DNA of 64,000 bases from an uncultured bacterium (GCA_963717435.1 OY970332.1:992001-1056000), one strand, 5' to 3'. Numbered from the stretch's first letter, positions 30,473 to 39,325 are shown. A program made the numbers and translations. Notes: generated by a model not told the origin, from the sequence alone.

Positions 30473-30744
30473 ATGAAAATAACAGAAGTTAAAGTTTTTC
30501 CCTCACAAAAAAGTGGAAGCTCAAAGCTTATGCAACAATGGTCTTTGAAAATGCATTTATAGTGAGAGATCTGAAAGTGATTGAAGGAAACAAGGGTTTG
30601 TTTGTTTCTATGCCTTCAAGACGTCGCAAAGACGGCACTTTTAGAGATATAGTTCACCCACTTAACTCAGATATGCGGAAAAACATTGAAGAAGCTATAA
30701 TTTTAGAGTATAATAATGTCCATAGCGTCGAAGTAGACGAGTAA
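30473..30744 (+). CDS. spoVG: SpoVG family regulator; one base missing near 30526 (probably a sequencing error)
   Basis: MKITEVKVFP in one frame continues as KLKAYATMVFENAFIVRDLKVIEGNKGLFVSMPSRRRKDGTFRDIVHP in another. Confidence 0.9.
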
Positions 30745-30776
30745 TCTTGAAATCAAAATTCTAAGAAATATCTTTT

Positions 30777-30851
30777 TGGGGCGTCGCCAAGCGGTAAGGC
30801 ACCAGGTTTTGGTCCTGGCATTCGGAGGTTCGAATCCTTCCGCCCCAGCCA
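30777..30851 (+). tRNA. tRNA-Gln (TTG)
   Basis: TGGGGCG/CGCCCCA acceptor stem, CCAGG-TTTTGGT-CCTGG anticodon arm, GGTTCGAATCC, CCA. Confidence 0.96.
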
Positions 30852-31010
30852 GCCTTCGCTCGTTCCGAGCTACGGCTGGGCAAGCCAGCCACGACGAAGC
30901 TTGAAAAGCGTAGGCGGGCGAGACTCAATAAAAAAATAACTTATTTAGCAAAAGTGAGCGAAGGCTGTCACGCTGTAGTAAGCGAGCATAAGCGAGACAC
31001 GAAAGCGGAC
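30852..31010. repeat. Cluster of short GC-rich hairpins of the CT(A/T)CG-type REP-like family
   Basis: GCCTTCGCTCGTTCCGAGCTACGGC; CGACGAAGCTTGAAAAGCGTAGGCG; CGCTGTAG...ACGAAAGCG. Confidence 0.65.
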
Positions 31011-31035
31011 CTCACTTGAAAATTCCAAGAAAATA

Positions 31036-31275
31036 ATGTTTTACGTATATATACTTAATTCTATCAAAGATAATGCTCGGATGTATGTTGGGATTACCAA
31101 CGATCTTAAAAATAGAATAAAAGAGCATAATTCTGGCGAATCAATTCATACTGACAAATATTCACCATGGAAACTTATGACATATATAGCCTTTGATTCC
31201 AAAGAAAAAGCATTTTCATTCGAACGCTATTTAAAGTCTGGTTCTGGCAGATCTTTTGCCAAGAGGCATTTGTAG
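31036..31275 (+). CDS. Small stand-alone GIY-YIG nuclease (YhbQ/UPF0213-like)
   Basis: FYVYIL..YVGIT.DL..RIKEHNSG..HT..Y.PWKL..Y..A..FERYLKSGSGR. Confidence 0.92.
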   Translation: MFYVYILNSIKDNARMYVGITNDLKNRIKEHNSGESIHTDKYSPWKLMTYIAFDSKEKAFSFERYLKSGSGRSFAKRHL

Positions 31276-31338
31276 AATTAAAAAAAATTAACCGGAGATA
31301 AAAACTCCTGTTTTGTTTTGCGAAAAATTTATTGATAA

Positions 31339-31590
31339 TTAACGATTGGGGCAGCCTGGCCAGCAGCAGGGACGCCGCTTTCCATTCTCAAGGCTTGAAC
31401 AACCCCACTCGATTCTGTGCTTTCTAGTTTCCGATTTTTTCGCTGATTCAATCCAGCATATCCACTCATTGCGCGAAAGTGGAGTGATATCCTCCCACGT
31501 AGCCAATGCCTTTGGGTTGGATATAAGCGCTTCTTTCAGATCTTCGGGCAGCTCATGCACTGTCCCGCTAGAAATCTTTTTTTGCGTCAT
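31339..31590 (-). CDS. YdeI/OmpD-associated family protein
   Basis: HELPEDL..AL..W..ITPLSRNEWICWIESAKK.ETR..RI...GKRRPCCWPGC. Confidence 0.85.
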   Translation of the reverse strand: MTQKKISSGTVHELPEDLKEALISNPKALATWEDITPLSRNEWICWIESAKKSETRKHRIEWGCSSLENGKRRPCCWPGCPNR

Positions 31591-31785
31591 GGATCAGATA
31601 ATCCTAAGTAAGAATCTGTTTATAATTTTTTAAATATAGTTCTTAAGATACTATCGATGCGATGGATTTGCAATTTGCCATAGGACTATACTATGATTCA
31701 AGTTGCAAATCCATAATGTGATCTAAGCAAAAAATTTATCAAACTCCGCTATTACACCTGAAGGAATAAAAAATTTCCTCAACTC

Positions 31786-31814
31786 TTGACTTCCCCCCCC
31801 CCATTAATTACAAT
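31786..31814 (+). promoter_or_regulatory. Sigma70-type promoter with a C10 tract in the spacer
   Basis: TTGACT-TCCCCCCCCCCATTAAT(17 bp)-TACAAT. Confidence 0.7.
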
Positions 31815-31870
31815 TAGAAATGTAGGGCGGGAGTGTTGTTCAATATAAATATTTTTAGAAGGGATGTTTT

Positions 31871-32173
31871 ATGTCACGAAGCGTTAAGTATCTTGCTATT
31901 ACTTTAGCAACAATTATACAGGTTCTTCCAATATTCTCTAAAACATGTAGAGACTTTAGTGATCTTGGAAAGTACTTAGGATCTCATGAGGTCAAGGTTT
32001 GGTGTCAGGCCAGTGATAAAGGTGCCCCAAAGGGTACCAAGCATTCATGCGATTGTGATTCACCTCTTTCAAAAAAATGCAAAGAAAATTGTGAAATGCT
32101 AAAAGGGGCAGCGCAAAGAAGAGGGTCTTTCGTGGGTAAATTGAGTGAGGAAAGTATAGGCAACTATGAGTAA
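31871..32173 (+). CDS. Small secreted Cys-rich protein
   Basis: Signal peptide, six Cys in the mature region, AAGGGA RBS. Confidence 0.7.
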   Translation: MSRSVKYLAITLATIIQVLPIFSKTCRDFSDLGKYLGSHEVKVWCQASDKGAPKGTKHSCDCDSPLSKKCKENCEMLKGAAQRRGSFVGKLSEESIGNYE

Positions 32174-32381
32174 TATGGTCATGCGGGCCTATTTCGATAT
32201 AGCTTAGTAACTTGCTTTACTAATTTATTATATAAGTAAAAATTAACCGGAGTTTTGGCTCCGGTTTTGTTTTGCAAAAAAATTATTTTGACCATAGGTA
32301 TTTCGTATAACTCTTGTTTGATCTAAGTCATTATGGTATTCTTACTAGTAAGAATAGTAATATTATTGTAGGAGAAGATTA

Positions 32382-32615
32382 ATGAAAATTGTTAAAGTTA
32401 CCAGCAAATATCAAACAACAATCCCTCAAGAGATACGTTCTCAACTGAAATTAAAGATAGGGGACTCTGTATTTTTTGAAATAATTGATGGAATGGTTGT
32501 TCTGAAAAAGATAGATTCAAAAAGTAAGGCTTATTTGAAAGCAGTTTCTGAAACATTGGCAGAATGGAATTCTCAGGAAGATGAAGAGGCTTATCGTGAT
32601 TTACAAAAGCTTTGA
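32382..32615 (+). CDS. AbrB/MazE-type antitoxin
   Basis: KVTSKYQTTIPQEIR..L.L..GDSV.F; C-terminal EWNSQEDEEAYRDL. Confidence 0.9.
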   Translation: MKIVKVTSKYQTTIPQEIRSQLKLKIGDSVFFEIIDGMVVLKKIDSKSKAYLKAVSETLAEWNSQEDEEAYRDLQKL

Positions 32616-32934
32616 TATTGTTATAGTTCCATTTCCATTTGTTGATTCGTCTTTGACCAAGGTAAGACCGGCATTGGTATTATCTAATCATGAATCAAAT
32701 AAACAGGGATCGGTAGTTTTGGTCATGATCACATCGGCTCAACATAATAAAAGGTTTAATGATGTTTTGATTACAAATTTAGAGTCAACCAATTTACCCT
32801 CTGCCTCTATAATTCGAATGAAGCTTTTTACTCTTGATTTAACATTGGTACATAAAAAAATTGGAGTTCTTAGCGAACGAGATCAAATGGCGTTTAAAAA
32901 AATATTTAAACAATTATTTAAAGATCTGATTTGA
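32596..32934 (+). CDS. PemK/MazF family toxin (GTG start likely)
   Basis: FDIVIVPFPFVD....KVRPALVLS, MITS, L...SIIR..KLFT; overlaps the antitoxin. Confidence 0.9.
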   Translation: MIYKSFDIVIVPFPFVDSSLTKVRPALVLSNHESNKQGSVVLVMITSAQHNKRFNDVLITNLESTNLPSASIIRMKLFTLDLTLVHKKIGVLSERDQMAFKKIFKQLFKDLI

Positions 32935-33140
32935 TTTTTGATTTGTCGTGATCAAAAAATTAACCGGAGACAAAACTCCGGTTTTGTTTTGCAAAAAATT
33001 TAATAACAATCTAAAGAAATAAGTTGTCAAAAACTTTTTATTTGATATGTTCAGACAGGATCGATCCAAGAGGTGAGTAGGTTGATGAGGCAAGCAGTGT
33101 TTTAACCATATATAACCTATCAACCTTAGAGGTAGACCGA

Positions 33141-33569
33141 ATGAGTCTCAAAAATGCTTTTCTTTTTTATTTCATAACATCGCTGTTTTTTTCAGCTTCC
33201 TGTTCTCAGGTACCTCCGGCAGGCTCGAAGGAGGCGCAAGCCTACTTGCGAAGCGACGTATCCACGGCAGAATCTGATAATGATTCGTCAATGAGCTGGA
33301 GTAGCTTGCGGGCTTTGCAGATTGGAGGTTTGTGTGCAGTTGGCGCATTAATTCTTTGGCTGGTTAAAGATAATTCCGGGGAAGTAAAAGCGGATCAGGA
33401 TAAAACTAACTCTCCTGAAAAAGTTGTTATTTCTGTGCAAAAACCCAAATCCAATTATCTAACGAGATTTGTGTCCCGTTTGAATAATTGTAAGATGAGT
33501 TTTGCCAATCTTATGAAGAATTTGGCAAAATATACATTTGGAGGCATCAGAATCTCAGCTAGCTTATAA
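33141..33569 (+). CDS. Hypothetical exported/membrane protein
   Basis: Signal-like N-terminus, one further hydrophobic segment, GAGG RBS, strong hairpin downstream. Confidence 0.6.
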   Translation: MSLKNAFLFYFITSLFFSASCSQVPPAGSKEAQAYLRSDVSTAESDNDSSMSWSSLRALQIGGLCAVGALILWLVKDNSGEVKADQDKTNSPEKVVISVQKPKSNYLTRFVSRLNNCKMSFANLMKNLAKYTFGGIRISASL

Positions 33570-33597
33570 GTGTAATTTGTTAGATTAAAATCTAATA

Positions 33598-33641
33598 AAA
33601 AGAGAGTGTGTTAGATGTAAAAATCTGACACACTCTCTTTA
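33598..33641. terminator. Bidirectional terminator between convergent genes
   Basis: AAAGAGAGTGTGTTAGAT/ATCTGACACACTCTCTTT. Confidence 0.8.
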
Positions 33642-33720
33642 ATTTTTTCTATCAAGCTGGCTATCGAGTCTTGGCAAAAGGAATTTTGTATTCTGATCAC
33701 GGCTGGAACAGAAAGTGATA

Positions 33721-34161
33721 TCAACTTTTTTCTGCAATTAATAGAGCCTTCTTGATATCTATTCCCCATTTATATCCACCAAGTTCGCCGTTTTTTCTGA
33801 CAACTCTATGGCATGGGATAAAATATGCTATCTTGTTTTGTCCAAGTGCGTTTGCAACTGCCCGAAAGGCTTTGGGATTGCCAATTTTTTGGGCGAGCTC
33901 TTGGTAAGTTAAAGTTTTTCCTGCAGGAATATTTAGAGTAGCCTGCCAGACTTTGACCTGAAAATCTGTTCCAGAAAACTCGAAATTTAGGGGTTCTTGG
34001 TTTAATTCTTTTAATTCTTCTAAGAGTTTAATTTCATTAGAATCTGCTTTTACAAACTCGGCGTTTATAATTCTATTATTTTTATAATTAACTAAAATTA
34101 TACCGGCTTGGGTTTTATAAAATTTTGTTGGGTTATTTTTACTAAAGTTATTTGAGATCAT
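33721..34161 (-). CDS. ogt: Methylated-DNA--protein-cysteine methyltransferase
   Basis: GTDFQVKVW, IPAGKTLTY, RAVANA, IPCHRV, GGYKWG. Confidence 0.93.
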   Translation of the reverse strand: MISNNFSKNNPTKFYKTQAGIILVNYKNNRIINAEFVKADSNEIKLLEELKELNQEPLNFEFSGTDFQVKVWQATLNIPAGKTLTYQELAQKIGNPKAFRAVANALGQNKIAYFIPCHRVVRKNGELGGYKWGIDIKKALLIAEKS

Positions 34162-34267
34162 ATTTTTGTTTAATATTAATAGGTAATTTGTATACTGATT
34201 ATAATTATAACAAAATTATACAATATTTTTTATACGATTTTTTGAAAATAAATTCTTAAGATAAACT

Positions 34268-34888
34268 ATGAAAAATTCTAAAATATTATATCTGGCTTCA
34301 AGTTCAAAATCTCGCCAAGATGCGCTAAAAGAGGCAAAAATAAACTTTCAAGTAATCCCACAAAGTTCACCTGAATTTTGCGACTATAGTTTAGATTTTA
34401 ATAAAATTGTTGAAGCTATAGCGGTATCAAAAATGGATCATGCGATTTTGCCGGAAAGTTTATCAAACTGCAAGAAGGATGATCATATATTTGTTTTGAC
34501 CGCCGATACAATGACGCGGGATTCTGCCGGCCAGATTCATGGCAAGCCCAAAGATAAGCAAGAAGCTATTGAAAAAATTAAGCAGGTCGCGGGGATATCT
34601 GAGACATGCACAGCTTTTTGTTTGGATAAAAAAGTTTTTGATGGCAAAAATTTTGTGACGCAAGAACGCCACTTGAAATCTATAGTAAGCACGTGTGATT
34701 TTCAAATTCCCCCAGAGTGGTATGAAAAATATATAGAAAATGTCGATGTTTTAAACTGCTGCGGGGCATTAGATATTACTGGCTACGGCTCGCAGTTTTT
34801 GAAGTCTCTTACAGGTTCATATTCTGGAATCTTGGGCCTGCCAATATTTGAGGTTCGTGAGTCTCTTGAAAAACTAGGCTTTTTTTAG
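34268..34888 (+). CDS. maf: Maf family nucleoside triphosphate pyrophosphatase
   Basis: LYLASSSKSR, LTADT, GKPKD, GSYSGILGLP. Confidence 0.9.
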   Translation: MKNSKILYLASSSKSRQDALKEAKINFQVIPQSSPEFCDYSLDFNKIVEAIAVSKMDHAILPESLSNCKKDDHIFVLTADTMTRDSAGQIHGKPKDKQEAIEKIKQVAGISETCTAFCLDKKVFDGKNFVTQERHLKSIVSTCDFQIPPEWYEKYIENVDVLNCCGALDITGYGSQFLKSLTGSYSGILGLPIFEVRESLEKLGFF

Positions 34889-34919
34889 ACTGTTTTTACT
34901 TTTTAAATAACTAATTATT

Positions 34920-36082
34920 TTACATTACTTCGCATTTTAATCTTTAAAAAAATCAGGGAATTCAGCAATTAGCGCATCGAGCCCTTTGGGCCTAATACGT
35001 TCTCCTGAGTTTCGTTTGGTAATCACCATATTTTTTATAAACTCTTTAGCTCCTTGGGGTGCAAAATCATCTGATGAATCTTTTGCTCCATTTGATAAAA
35101 GAATTCTCATTATTTCGATCATTGTTTTTTCCAGATGGTCTATTTGTGCCAGGTCCTTATTTTGGGCATAGTAATCAAATGTAAACTCGTATAAAGCTCC
35201 GTTGCACAAGTTAAAGGCGTAGATTTTTTAACACCTCTTATATTTACGCACTGTTTATAATTTTCATCTTTTAAAATAGCTTTACAAAATAGGATAATGT
35301 CTCCTAACGGCAGCATGTAATGGTGTTTCACCGCCACAGGTTTTTCTTGATAGTTTTATAGATTCCGGATTTATAATCTTTTTATCTTCTTTTTCTATTA
35401 TAGATAACAATATTTTTGCTGAATCCAAGCTATTGTTTTCTGCTGCAATAAGCATCCCAAATTCCATATAATCTCGACGATCATCCGGAACATAACGTCT
35501 TTATTTTAATTATATTTTTAGTTAGCCATAGAGCTTTATTTCGCTCGACGGCTACTAGCCAGTCATTGAATGGGGCCCATATTGTTAGTATAGTGTGATC
35601 ACGAAACTTGGATTTTAAAATATTTGTTTTATTATCGATGTGGAACAAGATTCTTGTAATATTGGCTCTATTTGCTTATCAGAAATCAAAATAATTTGTG
35701 CCATGACGAGTTTTGAAAGATCTGCAAAAAACTTGCATGTTAGCGCTAAGTTTTTAAAATTTTTATATATCTCTTGTTCGTCTGTTATTTCTGGATCTGT
35801 GTTTATTAAGTAATCAAATAATATTTTCTTTAATATATCTATTGGTAGTATGCACAATAAAATCAATTTGTTTTCTTGCGATTCAGGAGCAAACTTGTCT
35901 TGCCTAGAGAAGATTTGATTAGCTTCTTTCTTAAGCTCTTGGTCAGTAAAAAAAACATCAAATGAAGCTTGGTTTTCTATGGTTCGTGCAGTTATCGGCA
36001 CAGGTTGTTCTGGCGATTTTTGCCCCATGCAGTGCGAGTTGATAAAAAATACGTTTAGAAGAATTAGTAAATATTGTTTCAT
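34920..36082 (-). pseudogene. Frameshifted tandem paralog of the F-box-like/ankyrin gene at 36084-37397
   Basis: MKQYLL start at 36082; LPIDILKKILFDYL..TCKFF; fragments GETPLH, ENYKQCVNI and IAEFPDFFKD lie in different frames; the 3' tail still encodes KCEVM out of frame. Confidence 0.8.
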
Positions 36083-36083
36083 G

Positions 36084-37397
36084 TTACATGACTTCGCATT
36101 TTGAATCTTTAAAAAATTCAGGAAATTCTGCAATTAATTTTTCTATTTCTTGTAAAACTGTATGGAATTTTTTGTGGTTTTTAAAATTGGATACAACGTT
36201 AGGTATAAATTCCTTAAGTTCTACATAGCTATCGTTTTTTAGATCTTCTGCTCCGTTTTGTAAAAGAAGTCTTATTATTTCTACCGCTTTTTCGCCTGCT
36301 TGTTCGTCATTGGAACGTAATTTATCGTGAAGAATTCCTGCTGCACAAGATATCGGTGTCAAGAAACCATATGAGGTATTTTTTATGTTCACGCACTTTT
36401 TATAGTTTTCATCTTCTAATAATAGCTTTACTAAATTAATATTTAAATTTTTAACGGCGACGTATAATGGTGTGCCATCTAAAAATATTAGTATTTTCCT
36501 CGCGCGGTTGACTGCTTCTGGTTTTACAATTTCTTTGTTTCGTTTTGTGTATGACAATAAAACTTTGAGTGCTGCAATACAATTGTGTTTTGTTGCAAGA
36601 ATTACACAGATTTCAACGTTGTCGCGACTATCAAATGCGGGATTTCGTTTTATTTTTTCATAATTTTTGATTAACCATAAAGCTCGGTTTTGCTTTGATG
36701 CAACCATTATGTCTGATTTGGCGGCCGGTGCCAATTCTTTTTTTAAATAGCGGTCGGGTTCCTGGATGTGATATTTTCGGCTTGCTAGCCTTAATTCTAT
36801 CTGTTTATCAGAAATCAAAACTATTTGGGCCATTATTGGTTTTGAAAGATCTGAGAAAAACTTGCATGTTTGCGCCAAGTTTCTAAAATCTTTATAGATT
36901 TCTTGTTCGTCTGTTATTCCTGAGTTTGTGTTTACCAGGTAATCAAATAATATTTTCTTTAATATATCTATTGGGATTTCGGCCAACAAAATAAAATTAC
37001 TTTTTTGCTTCGCGTCCGAAGCAAACTTGTTGTTTTTGGCTAAGATTATATTTGCTTCTTTCTTCAATTTTTCATCAGTAAAGAAACTTGAAAAAGAATC
37101 TTTTCCGTCTGAGTCAAATGTTGTATCGATTGTGCCATTTGGGTTGTATCTTGCTCTTAGAGTTAAAGTATTTGAGTTTGTCCGTGTAGTAGGTATATTA
37201 ACAACAATTTTGCCATCAGATTGTGTAGCAATAGTATTTTCAGTTTCAGAATCTGAATCTGAAAATGGTTGATATACATCATCTACAACTCCTTGATTTA
37301 TATCAACCATCGTCATAATTTTGGGTATTTCTGTTTCCATTGTATAAGAGTTATTAATAAAAAATAAGTTCAAAAAAACCAATAAATATTGCTTCAT
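36084..37397 (-). CDS. Secreted F-box-like + ankyrin-repeat protein with a C-terminal CaaX-like motif
   Basis: Signal peptide; LAEIPIDILKKILFDYL..LAQTCKFF; GTPLYVAV..LVKLLL; ends in KCEVM. Confidence 0.75.
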   Translation of the reverse strand: MKQYLLVFLNLFFINNSYTMETEIPKIMTMVDINQGVVDDVYQPFSDSDSETENTIATQSDGKIVVNIPTTRTNSNTLTLRARYNPNGTIDTTFDSDGKDSFSSFFTDEKLKKEANIILAKNNKFASDAKQKSNFILLAEIPIDILKKILFDYLVNTNSGITDEQEIYKDFRNLAQTCKFFSDLSKPIMAQIVLISDKQIELRLASRKYHIQEPDRYLKKELAPAAKSDIMVASKQNRALWLIKNYEKIKRNPAFDSRDNVEICVILATKHNCIAALKVLLSYTKRNKEIVKPEAVNRARKILIFLDGTPLYVAVKNLNINLVKLLLEDENYKKCVNIKNTSYGFLTPISCAAGILHDKLRSNDEQAGEKAVEIIRLLLQNGAEDLKNDSYVELKEFIPNVVSNFKNHKKFHTVLQEIEKLIAEFPEFFKDSKCEVM

Positions 37398-37514
37398 GAT
37401 TTTCTCTGTGTTTAAATATTAAAATAGCCCGGATTTACCGGGCTAATATTATATCTTTTTGATGCAAATTACAATTTCGAAATTACAATTTATAATTTAT
37501 ATTTATATTTATAT

Positions 37515-37973
37515 TTAATTTGCGTAAGTTTTCTTGCTAGGCTTCCAGCGTTTTAAAAGCTCTTTCATCAAGACATCTTTGGACGGTCTTGAACTGTACT
37601 TTTCTTTTACAGAGACAGCTTTTTCTACACTTTGTGCGACTGTTTTATGATCAAATACAGTAGAATCTATATGGTCAATTGCAGGGAACATGTTTCTGTG
37701 CAAAATCTGTTTAAGCTGGTCCTGCTCGCCAGATTCAACAACCATGTTTTCCATGATCGCAAAGAAGTCTATTATCGTTTGTTGCAAGATTTCAGCTTCA
37801 GCCTCGCCAAAATTTAAGCCAACATTAAGCTTTTCTTGCAAGCCATTGGCAAGAGCTCGATCAACAAGTGCTTGAAGTGCATCTTGTTCATTGTCGCAGA
37901 GCCATGCAAGCAATACTAAAAGCTCGTAAGATACTATGAATTGACCATCATCAAAATTGTTTTTGTTTGACAT
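37515..37973 (-). CDS. Hypothetical protein co-transcribed with hspR-htpX
   Basis: 152-aa ORF starting 3 bp after the htpX stop; hairpin at 37424-37446 downstream. Confidence 0.75.
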   Translation of the reverse strand: MSNKNNFDDGQFIVSYELLVLLAWLCDNEQDALQALVDRALANGLQEKLNVGLNFGEAEAEILQQTIIDFFAIMENMVVESGEQDQLKQILHRNMFPAIDHIDSTVFDHKTVAQSVEKAVSVKEKYSSRPSKDVLMKELLKRWKPSKKTYAN

Positions 37974-37976
37974 AAT

Positions 37977-38861
37977 CTATTCCTTTTCTTTCTTACCATT
38001 AAGAACTTCATCCATACTTTTTAATCTTTTTATTCGTTCAGCCATAGGCGGGTGCGTTGAAAATAGATTCATCAAACTACCTGATGTAAACGGGTGCACT
38101 ATAAAAAGAGGAGCCGTGCTAGCTTTAGCTCTATCTTCGCTATCAAGATGATCTTCTGGGATATGCTTGTATAGTTTTTCAAGTGCCGATGCAAGCGCAA
38201 GTGGATCCTGGCATGTGTGGGCGCCAGACTCGTCGGCCAAATATTCTCTTGATCTTGAGATTGCCATCTGAATTAAAGCAGCAGCGATTGGCATTAATAC
38301 ACTGACTAAAATTATGATAACTGGATTGGCAGTTTTTCTTTTAGAATCTCTTGAGTTAAAGAGCGCCATGTAATAAGCCATATTTGCTACGTAACTGATA
38401 GCGGTCGCAAGTGTTGCAGCTACCGTGCTTACCAAAATGTCCCTGTTTTTAATGTGGGATATTTCATGGGCCAACACGCCACGAAGTTCAGTTGGCGTCA
38501 AAATATTTAATATTCCTGTCGTAACGGCTATTGATCCGTTGGCAGGATTTCTTCCCGTGGCAAAAGCATTCGCCATGGGGGTCTCTACTAACCAAAGCTT
38601 AGGCATAGGCACCTCAGATTTCATGGCCAAATCTTTCACCATCGAATATAACCAATTATATTTTTCCTCATCAAGCTTTTTGGCATGATAAATATTTAAT
38701 ACAATTTTATCTGAGAAATAATATGTTACGAAGTTTATAATAATAGAAAGAATTAGGGCGGCTGTTATGCCATCTTTGCCACCAATTAAACCTCCGACTA
38801 GCATCAAGAGGCCGCTTAATGTTGCAAGTAAAACTGCCGTTTTTAATCTGTTAAATATCAT
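37977..38861 (-). CDS. htpX: Zinc metalloprotease HtpX (M48)
   Basis: NAFATGRNP, ELRGVLAHEISHIKNRD, SRSREYLAD, FSTHPP..ERI. Confidence 0.95.
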   Translation of the reverse strand: MIFNRLKTAVLLATLSGLLMLVGGLIGGKDGITAALILSIIINFVTYYFSDKIVLNIYHAKKLDEEKYNWLYSMVKDLAMKSEVPMPKLWLVETPMANAFATGRNPANGSIAVTTGILNILTPTELRGVLAHEISHIKNRDILVSTVAATLATAISYVANMAYYMALFNSRDSKRKTANPVIIILVSVLMPIAAALIQMAISRSREYLADESGAHTCQDPLALASALEKLYKHIPEDHLDSEDRAKASTAPLFIVHPFTSGSLMNLFSTHPPMAERIKRLKSMDEVLNGKKEKE

Positions 38862-38887
38862 GTTGCCCCCTTGTTTTTTGGCGCAAT

Positions 38888-39325
38888 TTACTTTTCTGTT
38901 TTTGTTTTGCTTATATCAATTACTTTTGTCTCTTGTTTCTCTTTTTTAGCTTTTACTGGCAACTGTTTAAGTTCTGATATTTTTAAAGCAGTAGCTTTTG
39001 CTATCTCTCTTGAGTTATCAACTTCGCGTGCAAGCTCTTTTTCTGTCTGCTTGAACATTGTGTTGATCTCTTTTTGCATTTTTTTAATCTGTTTTTGTAG
39101 CTTTAGAATCATCTCAACGCCAGCCAAATTTATCCCTAAATTGTGGGTCAAATGTATAACTTCTTCAAGTCTTTCAACATCTTCTTCTTCAAAAAGTCTG
39201 GTATTGCCTGTTGATCTTTTTGGAGAGATTAAGCCCTCTTTTTCATACAATCTTATGGTTTGCTGGTGCACAGAAAACATTTTTGCTACGGCAGAGATTG
39301 AAAAATACCCTTTTTTTCTTTTCAT
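38888..39325 (-). CDS. hspR: MerR-family heat-shock repressor HspR
   Basis: FSISAVAKMFSVHQQTIRLYEKEGLISPKRSTGNTRLF, LGINLAGVEMIL; HAIR site found upstream of dnaK. Confidence 0.85.
   Translation of the reverse strand: MKRKKGYFSISAVAKMFSVHQQTIRLYEKEGLISPKRSTGNTRLFEEEDVERLEEVIHLTHNLGINLAGVEMILKLQKQIKKMQKEINTMFKQTEKELAREVDNSREIAKATALKISELKQLPVKAKKEKQETKVIDISKTKTEK

Larger units (their letters stand above)
31283..33003 (+). repeat. Three ~48-bp direct repeats (about 31283-31330, 32238-32284, 32954-33001) with a terminator-like hairpin
   Basis: Consensus AAAAATTAACCGGAG-N6/7-CTCCGGTTTTGTTTTGCAAAAAATT. Confidence 0.9.

Noticed and set aside
30473-30744. Programmed frameshift in spoVG
   Set aside because: One missing A in a short run explains it, and the contig shows other indel errors
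31283-33003. Three direct repeats as a CRISPR array
   Set aside because: The spacers are 0.7-0.9 kb and contain whole genes; no cas genes in the window
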